Source: the human T2T-CHM13v2.0 reference genome, Homo sapiens. Taken from it: a stretch of DNA of 64,000 bases. The position numbers and the translations under genes are program-made. Location: the NCBI RefSeq assembly GCF_009914755.1, contig NC_060929.1; one strand, given 5' to 3'. The notes under the pieces were generated by a model. It did not search any database, was not told the DNA's origin, and saw only the letters and a program-made list of their open reading frames with translations. The stretch's first letter is position 1. Each line of letters begins with the position of its first letter. Below, one piece after another: positions 1 through 11,560 of this stretch.

Positions 1-104
1 AGCCAACTCCTGTTCTAGGAGAGTACCAGCAGTCCCATCAGCTCTTGTAGAACTTCACATGTTAGCTTAAGGTTGGCTGTATGTGGATAAGACTGATTTC
101 TATC

Positions 105-1070
105 ACCAGCCCAGACATTTCTTTTAAGTTCCAGAATCATATAACAAACTCCCTGCCTCATATCTGGATATCTAATAGACATCACTGCCTTAACATGACC
201 AAGTCAGAACTATTATTAAACCCGCTAAGCCTTTTTCATTCCAGTAAATTATTCACCCAGTTGTTCAGACCAATAACTTAGGAGTCATTGATAATTTTTT
301 CTTTTTCTCCCACCCCATACTTCTGTAAGTTCAGTTAGTTTGACCTCCAAAATATATCTTCGATCTGTCCCTTTCTCACTAATTTTACTGCTACAATCCT
401 ATTCCAAGGCATCCTTGTCATATTCCTGTAAAACTGCAACAGTCTTCTAACTTGTTCTTTTATCTTCACATTTGCTCAGTCGCAGTCTATTTTCTACCTA
501 ACGCCTAAGGTGAAAGCATCAGATATCACATTATACCCTGCGTAAAGCCTTGGAATGATTTACCATTACAAGTAGACTTATACACAAACTCATCACAAGG
601 CTTCTCATGATCCAGCCCCTGCCTACCTGACAGACCTCCTCTCCCTGCTTTCTGTCCTTCTGCTTTAGCACTCTGGTATTTGTTCTGTCTTCCAAACATG
701 CTGAGTTTGTTCCTTTTCAGGAGCTTTTACCACATGCTTCAAAGTTGGTTCCCAGATCTGATATGACTGCTTTCTCATTCATTCAGGTGTTAATTGCAAG
801 GTTGACTTTCAAAGGCAGTCTTAAGTATCCTAATCAAAGCAATTCTCCAACTGACTCTCTACCATGTTATTTTATTTTATTTGTAAAGAGCACTTATCAA
901 TACCTGAAATTGTTTAGTTATGCCTTTCTTTATTGCCTGTGTCGCCTACCCCTACCCGCTATATTGTAAACATCTTACAGTTAAAGTTTAGTTTTCCTGA
1001 ATATTGCTGTAAGCCCCAATGGCCAGCACTACCTTGGCACATTGTAAGGGCTGAATAAATGGCTACCGAA
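105..1070 (+). mobile_element. L2 LINE 3' portion
   Basis: L2-like text (tggatatctaatagacatc...cttaacatgaccaag...aactatta) ending in an L2 3' terminus-like ccttggcacattgtaagggctgaataaat. Confidence 0.75.
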
Positions 1071-2284
1071 GTTGTATTGCTATTTCAGTTTAAGCTCAAA
1101 CACTCACTAATGCATTCATTAGTGGATGTTGTCTATTAATAATTTTTACCTTTGTAAGTCTGTTTATTTTTAAAAAAATGAGTGTTACATCTAGATTAAA
1201 GTTGGTACTATGTGGAAATATTGGTTAACCTTGACTTCATTAGGAAAGGAAAAGATTTCTAACTATAGGATTGTGTGTTATTTACACACCTTCAGTTACC
1301 ATCGGTATATATTATTGTAGAGCCACAGAAATGCAAAGATCTTGGAGATCAACCAGTTCAACCACTTTATATTAAAGGATATAATCTAAGTAGAACCTTA
1401 CCCCTAAATGAATAATTTTATTAAATAATTGAAAATGGAATTAATTATATGACTAATTGTTTTTCCCTGCTGTAGGCATAAATCAGGTTTTGTTTTTTAG
1501 TTAATGCCTCTTCCTGGCCCCCTTCTTCCAAGGTTCATCTGTTCATTTTTATAAAATATTTGATTAATGTTAGTCACTTGAGGTTTTCGTTCTTGACAGT
1601 GTTATTGAAAATTACGTAGATATATTCCATTGATTATATAATCTTTTATACAGGCTCAGAATTCACTTTTACTAAGAGTATTGTAGTCCAACTGTGGATC
1701 TGACATTTCTCTATAATATCAAAATGCATTAAAATGAACTTGTAATAGGTTAAATATTTTGAGTAAAAGTTAACGGAATTGTAGTTTAGAATTTAGTTTC
1801 AATACAGTTTAAGCCACCTTGTTTGCCAAATTGAATTCAGATAGATTATGAACCTGGGTTTTTCTTTCATAATTTGATATGCAATAGTTCTTTCCAGGTA
1901 TTTGATTGTCTGCACTAGGTACTCTGCATCTCTGGGGCCCCTGCAAATACTATAGTCAATTAAGAATCTGGCTATTCATGCCATACTGCTCTTATTCCAT
2001 CTTATTTTTACATTTGTATCAAACTAAATTAGTAAGTGGACCCATATATTAATATAAATGCAGCTAATGAAACTAAAAATTCATATTATGTATATATTTC
2101 CATTTTAAACATCTATCGAATGTATCTTTTTAAAGAATTCTTTTTTTAGAAATTGGAATATTCACAAAGACAGAGGAAAAAAATTCAACTATAGAAAAAA
2201 AGTACAAGGGATGTCAAACCAGTGAGAGAAAAAAATAAAGTTGTTCTTGATTCCCAATTGGATTAACTGTATGAGCATGAAGAA

Positions 2285-2540
2285 TAAACTGTAATGAACA
2301 TCTGCTACTGGCTCCTAAGATGGTAGGAAAGGAAGAATAAAATAAGAATTGCTGGATCAACTGCTCAGGAATTTGAAACCACAGGATATTGTAGTCCTTT
2401 GGGATTCTAAATATTCAGGCATCTGTTAGGTAGCAGATTCAGCTAAACATGGATCATCAAAGGAATTCCAGAGTTATGTTGAGGACAAGTTTATAATCCA
2501 TAAAGAAGAAAATCAGCCACTGGGGAAGTTATCCTGGAAG
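2285..2540 (+). mobile_element. CR1/L3 LINE fossil, ORF2 endonuclease region
   Basis: From 2382 the frame reads QDIVVLWDSKYSGIC*VADSAKHGSSKEFQSYVEDKFIIHKEE, matching CR1 QDLVVMGDFNYPDICW...SAKH..S.KFL.CV.DNF..QKVE; upstream NICYW resembles GVCYRPP. Confidence 0.75.
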
Positions 2541-3012
2541 AATGTAACTATTTGAAGTAATTATGCTACTAAGTAGTTGTTCTTGGAAACAAGTCCCTAT
2601 TTCCAAAAATTTAACCCCTTCACTTCTTCCCATCCTCGCCTTGACAAAAAAGAATGCTAGCTAGCACGGAGGAGGCTGGTTTGAGAAAACCAGTTGGGAT
2701 ATGTAGAAAGAAAATTACATCCATCATTAGGTGCTAATGGACCATCCCAAATAAACTGTAATCTAGGATCATTGCCTCAGTTATTTTCCAGCTACATTTT
2801 ATAGTCACAAAGGGTAAGTGGTTTCCTTGTTCTTCATAAGTATTTTATTTTCTTAAATTATTCTTTAAGTCATAGATTTCTAGAAGCAGAAATTGAAATG
2901 AGAAGCCCAGCCTTTCAAGGATGGAGTAGAGATTGAACTCTCAAACTATGGAATAATAAAATGGTGTGGAACCTCTCACATGATTCTCACTTTATCATCT
3001 CAGTGATGTTAG

Positions 3013-3125
3013 TAATTCATTCTTTCATTCAACAAATTCTTGTCAAGCACCTACTGTGTTAGGTTTTAAGAATACATTACTGAAGAGAAACAAGCAAGAG
3101 TTTCTATTACTATGGAAATTTCCTT
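3013..3125 (-). mobile_element. L2 3' end fragment
   Basis: attcattctttcattcaacaaattcttgtcaagcacctactgtg is the reverse L2 tail. Confidence 0.7.
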
Positions 3126-4355
3126 CCTTCTCATAGAAAAAAGTGATTGGAAGTTTGCAGAGGGAAGGGTCTTCCAGAGAAGCCTGATGATAAGGTTACA
3201 TCACATCAAGCCATCTATACCCCTCTTCTCTCACCTTCAAGGGTAGGAGTTCTCTCAGGAAAACACCAGTTTGAGGTACTTTTAAATATGTTTCTCCTTC
3301 ATTTTTATTAATTTTTTATTGTATTCAAGGCTGTATGTTTTGATGTACATCATGATCCATGTATGTTAAACCCTCAAATGTATGTTCATATACATTTGGA
3401 AGTATATTTTTAAAATTTTTCTTTATGCTCACCATTTTTTCTCAAATAAGGAACCAACAATAAAAATGTGAACCTTCACACATTCGATTAAATGGAAAAT
3501 AATATACAGCTACTTTTTTATGTGCCTGCTTGTAGGCTTGTATAATCACTGATTCTTAGTCCCTTCACTGCTGGTAGGTCCATGAATCCAGAGAAGACCT
3601 TTGGGTTACATGATGAAGATGCTTTGGTGAAGGATCAGAGGGAAGGCAAAAAGTCAGTTACAAGTCAGCTTCTTTACAAAATACGTCATGGGTTAGGATT
3701 TTAACTTGCCCTTTCCAGGATTCTTCTCATTAATGTTCATAAGCCCTGTCTCTCCTTTGTTTCTTTCATATATCCCCTTTGTCTGCTTTGATGAATTTTA
3801 TCTCCTAATCTGTAGTCATTTGAGAAATTTGCTACCATATTAGAGAAATGTTTTGTATGTTGGAAACCAAAATGTGGCTCTGATGCATAGTTGATTTACC
3901 TGTAGATGATGCAATCTTCAGTCTTTTAAAGCATTATAGCCTTAGTGTTATTGTCATTTAAGAAACATTCTCTTGGCTATACACATTTTTCACCACCAAT
4001 TGCTAAGGTACAAAGTTGAGCAATATTTAGGATCTTTGGTTTTCCTCTCCCCAGTTGGCATTGTTACATCCTGGTCATTTTATTGCCCACTGACAGTTCT
4101 ATTAGCTATTCCTCAAATTAATCAATTTTGATAGTTGGCTGGTTAAGTTTGGTGTGGGAAGGAAGTTTAAAACATTTGCTGACATAAGTTTGGTGGCCTA
4201 TCTATAATTTTGATACCGGGAACTTGCAGCAAATTTAGCACAGGTAAAATACATTAAAGCTCTAACCCTTCTGAAAATTCCCAGGGCTTATTTTAATGGG
4301 TTAGGCATAGTCTGACTGTATAGCTCAGATGGAGCCTTCATATTTACTTTTACAG

Positions 4356-4454
4356 CGCACCTCTTTAAGAGAGAACATTCACAATGGAAAACAGCGGCAA
4401 GGGTTAGAAGACTTTTAAAAGGAGGCTGTTAGTGCAGCAGTAAAATTTGGCCAG
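4356..4454 (+). ncRNA. Candidate non-coding internal exon (99 nt)
   Basis: Acceptor atatttacttttacag, donor CAG|GTAATT; stops in all three frames. Confidence 0.4.
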
Positions 4455-4789
4455 GTAATTTTTTTTCTCTCTCTCATTAGGTTTCAATCTTCTTTAGTAT
4501 TATGACTTATCCAAAACAGACTAGCATTGAATCAGAGCTTTCAGTTTTTCAAAAATTATGACATGTTTGTCTAAGCTCTATTTTAACTTGCCTAACTGTA
4601 CTCTGGGCTTGAACCTCAATAATTCTTTTATTAACATTTTCAGAATAAGAACTTCAGAAGTAAATGCTTGAGCTATGTCACTAGTTAGGTCTTCTAAAGA
4701 TTTATTGAACTTAAAATTATTTGAATCTCTTTAATAGCTCCATCAGTATAGAAACATGAGCTCGTATGTTTATGTATTTTTCTTTAGAA

Positions 4790-4900
4790 AAACCTTTTTG
4801 TTATGAAACTTTCCAAATATAACCCAAAGTAGAAAATACAATAAAACCCCATGTATCCATTCCCTGGCTTAAACAACCATCAACATTTTGCCATTTATGT
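4790..4900 (-). mobile_element. L1ME-type 3' end fragment
   Basis: aaagtagaaaatacaataaaaccccatgtatcc...aacaaccatcaacattttgcca, typical of old L1ME 3' ends. Confidence 0.55.
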
Positions 4901-6475
4901 TTATGTTTTAATAACAATGATTACTGGATATTAAGAGGAAGGATCGTGTGCTATTTTTAAAAGTGCTAGTAATAATCCTTAGTTTGTAAAGAACGATGAT
5001 TTTTGGTAAATTTTATTTTAACAAGTAGAATTTATGAATTACAGTATGCTGACTAGATATGCTATATTTAAAAAATTAGTTCCTATTTCTGTTTTTTGTA
5101 AATATCACTGAAAATATTGGTGGAGTTGGAAGTTTTGTTTTCCAAATGTCAGCTGTTCTTTTCTCTATTCCTGGTTCAAAGCCAACATTATCAGAAGGGA
5201 GACAAGTTGGCAACTAGCCTAAATACCAGTGGGGATACATCTTTTCTTCTGGACTTATATTCTTAAATAACACCTTAAAAATCTGTAGATAATTAGTGTA
5301 GCAATCTTGAAAATATTAATTAAGAAAAGAGCTAATAATTACTATGCTTGAAACTGAAAGTGATATAATTAGACTTAAACTGTGAGGTTTTTATTTGAAA
5401 TTCATTAAGACCTTCAATGACTTAGTTGGCAAAGAGAAATTCTCCATTTCTATTATTAAGTCTTTACTAGTTAATAGAAATATAAAACAGGTTCAAATGT
5501 CTGTTTACTTACAGATCGTCTTGACTAATTTCATCTCATTTTAATTATCTGTAGATAAAATGTTTTATTTACAATAATGGAATTTAGCAGAGCTGGTGAC
5601 ATTTTGACAAAAAGTGAAGAAATTTGATCATGCCAAACAGTAGTATACTTTAGGCATACAGATTTTTTAACTAAAATTTTGAAATATTTTCTACAGGTAC
5701 ACATTAAGTTTTTCCCAAATCATTGTTTATGTACATTAAACAATGCTTTGAATTTCTTCCCTCCCCACTCCCACTCAAAACAAAGAAACCTGTAATGGTA
5801 CAGTAGAAAAAAGGCAGAAAAACTTTCTCTCTCGAGATAAATGATGCCAGTTTGAATAGCTTGGTGCTGACAGGCTGGGTGAGAGTTGAGGAGCTTTGAT
5901 TGCTTACACTACCATTGCTCTTATGGATGATGATATCCCTGTGAAATACATTGCCCCGGTCTGCCTGCAGAGAACTTAACCGCATCAGTCAGCTTCTCTT
6001 GCCTGAACCTATGAGGTCATCATTATTACTTCATTTTTTTATTCCTACATAATCCAGGCTGAACTTTAGAAGGCTTTCTGCTTTTCCCATCAGAAGTTAT
6101 TACTCTGAAATATAGAAATAACCTGAGACATCTTTTATGAAATGTATCCTCTTCTGTTTGTCCTAAGTATGCAGTTGAAGCAATGAACTAATTTTCTGGG
6201 CAACAGATTCACCAAATCTAAATTATTCTCAGGTGAATCAAATAGCTTCTTTCAATGCAGATAATCCTTTGGCTAAAAAAGAGACATAATGTTAACAGAA
6301 CAAGAGTGGTAGCACAGTGAAAAAGGAAGATGGAGTTTGGTAAGAATGAGAAAAGATTTTTTTTTGAAAGAAAACAATTGCTAAACTAATGAAAGAATGC
6401 TAGAGATTGTTAACATCACCAACTCAAGCAAATTATTTGAGAAATAGTAAATTTTATAAAATAAAATTCTAAAAA

Positions 6476-6580
6476 AAATGGTTAAGATGGCAAAAGAAAA
6501 ACTTACCAGATTGTATATTTTAAATATATGCAGTTTATTGTTGGTCAAATATACCTCAATAAAGCTGTTTAAAAAAAGAA
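6476..6580 (+). mobile_element. Old L1M 3' terminus
   Basis: atgcagtttattg...atacctcaataaagctgtttaaaaaaa poly(A) end. Confidence 0.6.
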
Positions 6581-6702
6581 ATAGTGAATTCTATCATCTT
6601 AGGAAAAGGGTAAAGAATATGGGCTTTAAAATTTGATGGGGATATGAACACCAATGCTACCACTTGTAATTACAATATCTTAGATCTTGCTTCCATCTAT
6701 GA

Positions 6703-7038
6703 CAGGAGTTGACTTTTTTTTTTTTTTTTCTGTGAAATGCCATATAGTAAATATAGTAAATATGTTAGGCTTTTTGGGCCGTGCTGTCTCTTTTGCAACT
6801 CTCAACTCTGCCATTGTGTGTGAAAGCAGCCATAGGCAATAAATGAATAAGCATGCTGTATTTCAACAAAATCTTATTCATGGATACTAAATTTTGACTT
6901 TCACATAATATTTATGTGTTACAACTTATTGTGTGAAATGCTTTCCCTTATTTAAAAGTAAAATCCAATCTTAGCTTGCCAACAAGAAAAAGCCAGTGGA
7001 ATGGATTTGGCCTTTGGGCCATGGTTTACTGAAACCTG
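6703..7038 (+). mobile_element. MER58B (hAT-Charlie MITE)
   Basis: CAGG...CCTG ends; internal atagtaaatatgttaggcttt, ctcaactctgccattgt, aaagcagccatag, ggatttggcc. Confidence 0.85.
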
Positions 7039-7046
7039 ATTTAAGA

Positions 7047-7226
7047 TAGTGGCTTTCATAGTGGTGCCAGCAACATCAGCATTGCCTGTGAAAGCCTTCA
7101 AAATGCAGATTATTAGGCCTTATCCTAGACTTACTGAAAAATCAGAAACTGTAGGGTGGGGTGCAACAAGGGTTTTAACAAGCTCTCCAGTTGATTCTGA
7201 TGTACGTTAAAGTTTAAGAACCATAG
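7047..7226. mobile_element. MER5A (hAT-Charlie MITE)
   Basis: ccagcaacatcagcatt...aaatgcagatt...aatcagaaact...ttttaacaagctctccagttgattctgatg...aaagtttaagaacca. Confidence 0.85.
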
Positions 7227-7816
7227 CTCTGTAGATAATGCTACATAGCTGCTTTGAGTTCCTGTAAGAATTAATGAGATAATGAGTTGCTGGTGCCTAG
7301 CCTGATGTTGAACCACCTCAACTGTGCTAAACACCTTTTAGCTGTTTATAATAGCTAAAGTAAATTGGTTAAATTTTGATCAAATTTTCCCTTATTCTTA
7401 AACCAGTGACTGTGTAAAATAGGTTTTTTGCAAGAATTCCAAAAGGAATTTGCAAAAGAAATGAAAAGTAGATCATTTTAACCTTCTTTTAGCTAGATTG
7501 ATAAAACATGAGAATTAAGAAAAATCAAGTCTCAACAATGTGACAGGAAATTAGTTTCCTGGAAAACAATCTCCTTAATGCTAACGCTTCCTTTGGCCTG
7601 TTAATAATTAGAAAATAATAGAAATAGAGGTTTTGATGTAATAAATATTATAGCAGAATATATTCTTGCTAAAAGAGCAAAATAGGAATTTAAATTTATA
7701 GAACAAAGGCACCTGCTCCTCAATGTTTCTTGTCTTTCCTTTCTCTATGAATGTTTGGGCACATGGAATATATTAGGCCATGCTCAGCCAGCTTAACAGT
7801 CAGTGGCTAATGACCG

Positions 7817-7856
7817 CTGCTTCAGATAGGACTTCAAGTCTGCTTCAGATAGGACT
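7817..7856. repeat. 23-bp period tandem duplication
   Basis: CTGCTTCAGATAGGACT at 7817 and 7840. Confidence 0.9.
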
Positions 7857-8293
7857 GATGTGCATGACAATGGCTGACACGGTATTACCTTGTAAAATAA
7901 TTTATTTGTGCTTTCGTAGAACTGATGTCATGGAAGCCCGCTTTCTTCTGGAAACCTTCATCATTATTGATTTAGGCATATTGATTTACATTTCTTTGAC
8001 TTTGAGTTTAATACTGAGTGTAAACGTTCCCAAATAGTCACAAGTGAACAGAAAACACAATGAATGTAAGAGATGACATGTTTCATGAATATGAACTTCA
8101 TAGCAAGCCATACCTGTCCCTATGGAGGGAAGAAAGAGAGATTCTACTTTTCTCGCAATTATCTAGATAAACCCAAATTTAAAGCTTTTGCTATGATTTA
8201 TCTGGATAATTTTGACAACATAGGTTTATTAAAATGATTCATACAAAGCATTCTGAATTTCATTTTGCTTTTATATTTGTGTATTTATTGCAG

Positions 8294-8349
8294 ATGCTCA
8301 CAAAATGTCTCGGATAACAGCTGGACTCATAATGTCCTCATCATGACCG
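8294..8349 (+). ncRNA. Candidate internal exon (56 nt)
   Basis: Long T-rich tract ending tttattgcag and a consensus donor CCG|GTGAGT. Confidence 0.55.
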
Positions 8350-9779
8350 GTGAGTCTGCAAAAGCAGATGAAATTTTTCTGTGAATTCAAGTGAGCTAGA
8401 AATTTAAAAAAAAGAGCTTGTACAAGTCCTCATATTAGAAGAGTTTTGTTAAAAGTTTTCCGTGTTTTGGTATTTTAATAAAAACCACATGATATGAGGC
8501 TTATTTCTCAGTTATATTCACTCCGATTGCCATTTCTGTGACAATCTTAGTAAACAAAGTTCAGACTTTTTTTTTCAGATTTTTTTTCATCATTTTAGCC
8601 AGGAATCACAAGAAATGCAGCAGGAATGACATCACAGCATGCCTTTTTGTAGCACATTAACGCATTTTTGACAGCTGAATATTTCTGATGAAGAGAATAT
8701 TTAGATTTCATTTTTGTATCTTATACAACATCTGGAACTTTAGAATATTTCTTTATTCAGTAAGCTATTTGTTGTGTCTGCAAAAATAGCCCTGATAGAA
8801 AATTATGAAAACTATTGTCAAGACTTTGCTTGGATCAGAGTGAACATTAAATAGTAATAACCATCAGGCAGTACAACGTTGGCTTTAACCTCAAATATAA
8901 ACAATACAATCAAGATGTTTCCTACTTTCATATCTGCAAATTTACTATGGTCATCCATAACTTTAATAACTAAATTAAATGCCTTGAACTCTACTGTGGG
9001 AAGCTGCTAAACCTCTCCATTATCTGTGGATTTTCTGGCGTGCAGGAGCTTCAGTGCAAGTGCACCTATGTACTGACGCTCACTCCAAGCTACCACCATT
9101 TGTTCTGTGGGTGCTCCCTGCCTGGGCTGGCCCAGTGCACAGTGCTACCCCTCTCATTTCACTCAAGCAAAGAACCACAAACTGAGGTTCATATGAGTGG
9201 CAACTTTTTATTCTAGATTCGTGAGTTGCAGAAAGTAGTTAGGGATCAGAAAACACTTCAGCTTTAATGTCAGGTACAGATATGTTCCAAGTAATTTGTC
9301 AGCCATCCCCTTCCATAAGGAGTTTTTCCTCTCTGGGTGTCCTTGTGGGCTCTAGCCTCCAGCTACATGCATGCCAGAAGCCCTCCTGCATTTTTTCCTA
9401 GCTCTTCCTTGCAACTCCCCTTTCTTCTCAATACTGGGCCCCTCTCTTAGGTTGCCTGTAGCAAAGTCAAATTCTTCTCCCTTTAATAATAAAACAGAGT
9501 AACAGTTCAGCACTGTTTTTTTTTAATCTCATGCTACCCATCCAGCCCTGCCCAGGGACCTGATCTTTCTCAACCAAAGGAAACAGCATACACCATTAAG
9601 GTATTTTTTTCTAAAAAAAAAAAGAGCCATCTTTTTAGGGATGAATTATATCCCTTCTCTGGAAGGCAGAATCAACTGTAGTTTTTCCTTCCAGTTGCCA
9701 TTGCTCTTTTTGTGATGTATAGGGGCATTTCTCTCCAAGGAAGCCTCTGTGCTGTCTTGTAGGCACATTATTTTTTACC

Positions 9780-11560
9780 CTCTTCAGTACATTCTCCGCA
9801 CTGCTGCCAAATCATCTTTTAAAGGGATAATTTCATCATGCTGTTCTTTTGGTTAAGCTATGAGTAACATCTCACTGGTCTCAGGACAAAGTTTCAAATC
9901 CCTAACAGATCCGACAGAGCTCTATGAACCCCTGGCCCCCGCCCCACCACCTGCCTTGCACTAGGCTTAACTTGCAGGACTCTCTTTTCTCTACTTTCTC
10001 TCAAGGTGCAGAGACTTTTGGCTTCTGGAACAGAGCATGTTCCTTGCTACCACTGGTTCTCTGTGACTGTTATATCTCTGCCTCAAAGATCCTCCCTGCT
10101 CATGTAGTGATGTCTTAGTTATGTTCCAGATCTCAGCTTAAGGGTTTCTTAAGTTTGGGGCTTCTATGTGTCTCTGTTGGCATTCTGTACGTCTCCTTCG
10201 AACATTCATCAAAATCTTAATTTATTCATTTTGAAAGCAGGGTATCAGGTTGCTGTGGCAACTCCAGGCAGGGTTGCCAAGGATTGTCTGTGTACCTCTA
10301 CTTAAGGCTTCTATGACAAAGTTTCCCTTTTCTGTTTTGTTTACTGCCTCCCTCCCTCCACTGCCCCTCCAAATTTAGGGTAGCAATGCTTCCCCTCTGT
10401 TGACCTATCCACGTTGCTCAAAACTGTCAAGCACTCTTCATCTCCTCTCTATACCTTCATGCTATTCTCTACCTGTTGAGATTCAGATAACATACTCCTA
10501 AACTTTTACTATTTTTTTTCTAAGGTCTTAATCATTTGGGTTTTTCTTTTGTCACCGTCTTCTTATCCTCATAATCTCTGCTCCAGCCATTCTCGATTTT
10601 TTTTCTTACATCTTCCTATGGGCCATGGTCTATTTCACTCCTAGGGCCTCACACATGCTGTTCCTACAGTCAGAAAGGAGCAACCCACTCTTACACTGCT
10701 AAGTCCTCCCTTTATCTACCTAAACTCTGCTTACCCTTCAAGCTTTATTTTACATTTCAATTCCTCTGAGAAGCCTCTCCTCACTTTTTGTCTTTCTTAC
10801 CCCCAGTCTAGGTAGGTACTTAGGTAGAATAATGGCCCTCAAAGACGTCTACATTCTAATTCCTGGAACCTGTGAATATGTTAGGTTACATGGCCAGGAA
10901 GAATTAAGGTTGTATATGGAATTGACATTGTGAATCAGGTGACCCTGAGATGGAGGACGATTCTGGACTATCTAGGTGGGCCCAATGTAATCATAAGGGT
11001 CCTTATGGGTGAAATAGGGAGGCAGGACGGTCAGTGTCAGGGAAAATTCCACTGGCCATTGCTGGCTTCGAAGACAGGAAGGGACCACAAGCTAAGGAAT
11101 GCAAGTGGCCTCTAGAAGCTGAAAAAGACAAGGAAATGGACAGATTCTCCCCTAGAGACTCCAGCAGGAACACAGTCCTACTGAAATGTGATTTTATCCC
11201 AGTGGGACTTATGACTTTTGACCTTCAGAACTCTAATATAATAAATTTGTGTTTTTTCTGTTTTTTTTTTTTTCTCAGATTGAGATGCAAAAATTTTTAT
11301 TGTTCTACATGGCAATTAGTTACAGAAGCAGAAACTATTACTGTATTTTTTTCAGGAGTTTCCATAGTCTACACTTCCCTGTCATGGTTTTTAATCATCC
11401 TGTATTATAATTGCCTATTGGTTTATCTGGCCTTTTTATAGACTCTAAAACCCACAGGACAGAACAATCACTGTTTCATTCACTGTCCTTTAGCCAGTGC
11501 TAACTACAATGCCTGGAAGGTAGTAGGCTTTCAGTAAGTATTTGCTGAGTAAATTAATGG
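9780..11560 (+). mobile_element. Fragmented L2, interrupted by an MLT1 LTR
   Basis: L2-like segments ~9780-10230, 10520-10815 and 11345-11560; ends cctggaaggtagtaggctttcagtaagtatttgctgagtaaat. Confidence 0.6.
10816..11341 (+). mobile_element. MLT1D/E-type MaLR LTR
   Basis: agaataatggccctcaaagacgtc...ggaacctgtgaatatgtt...gggcccaatgtaatcataagggtcctt...ctagaagctgaaaaagacaaggaaatggacagattctcccctagag. Confidence 0.9.

Noticed and set aside
11034-11441. 135-aa ORF
   Set aside because: Lies within the MLT1 LTR/L2 and runs through a T-tract
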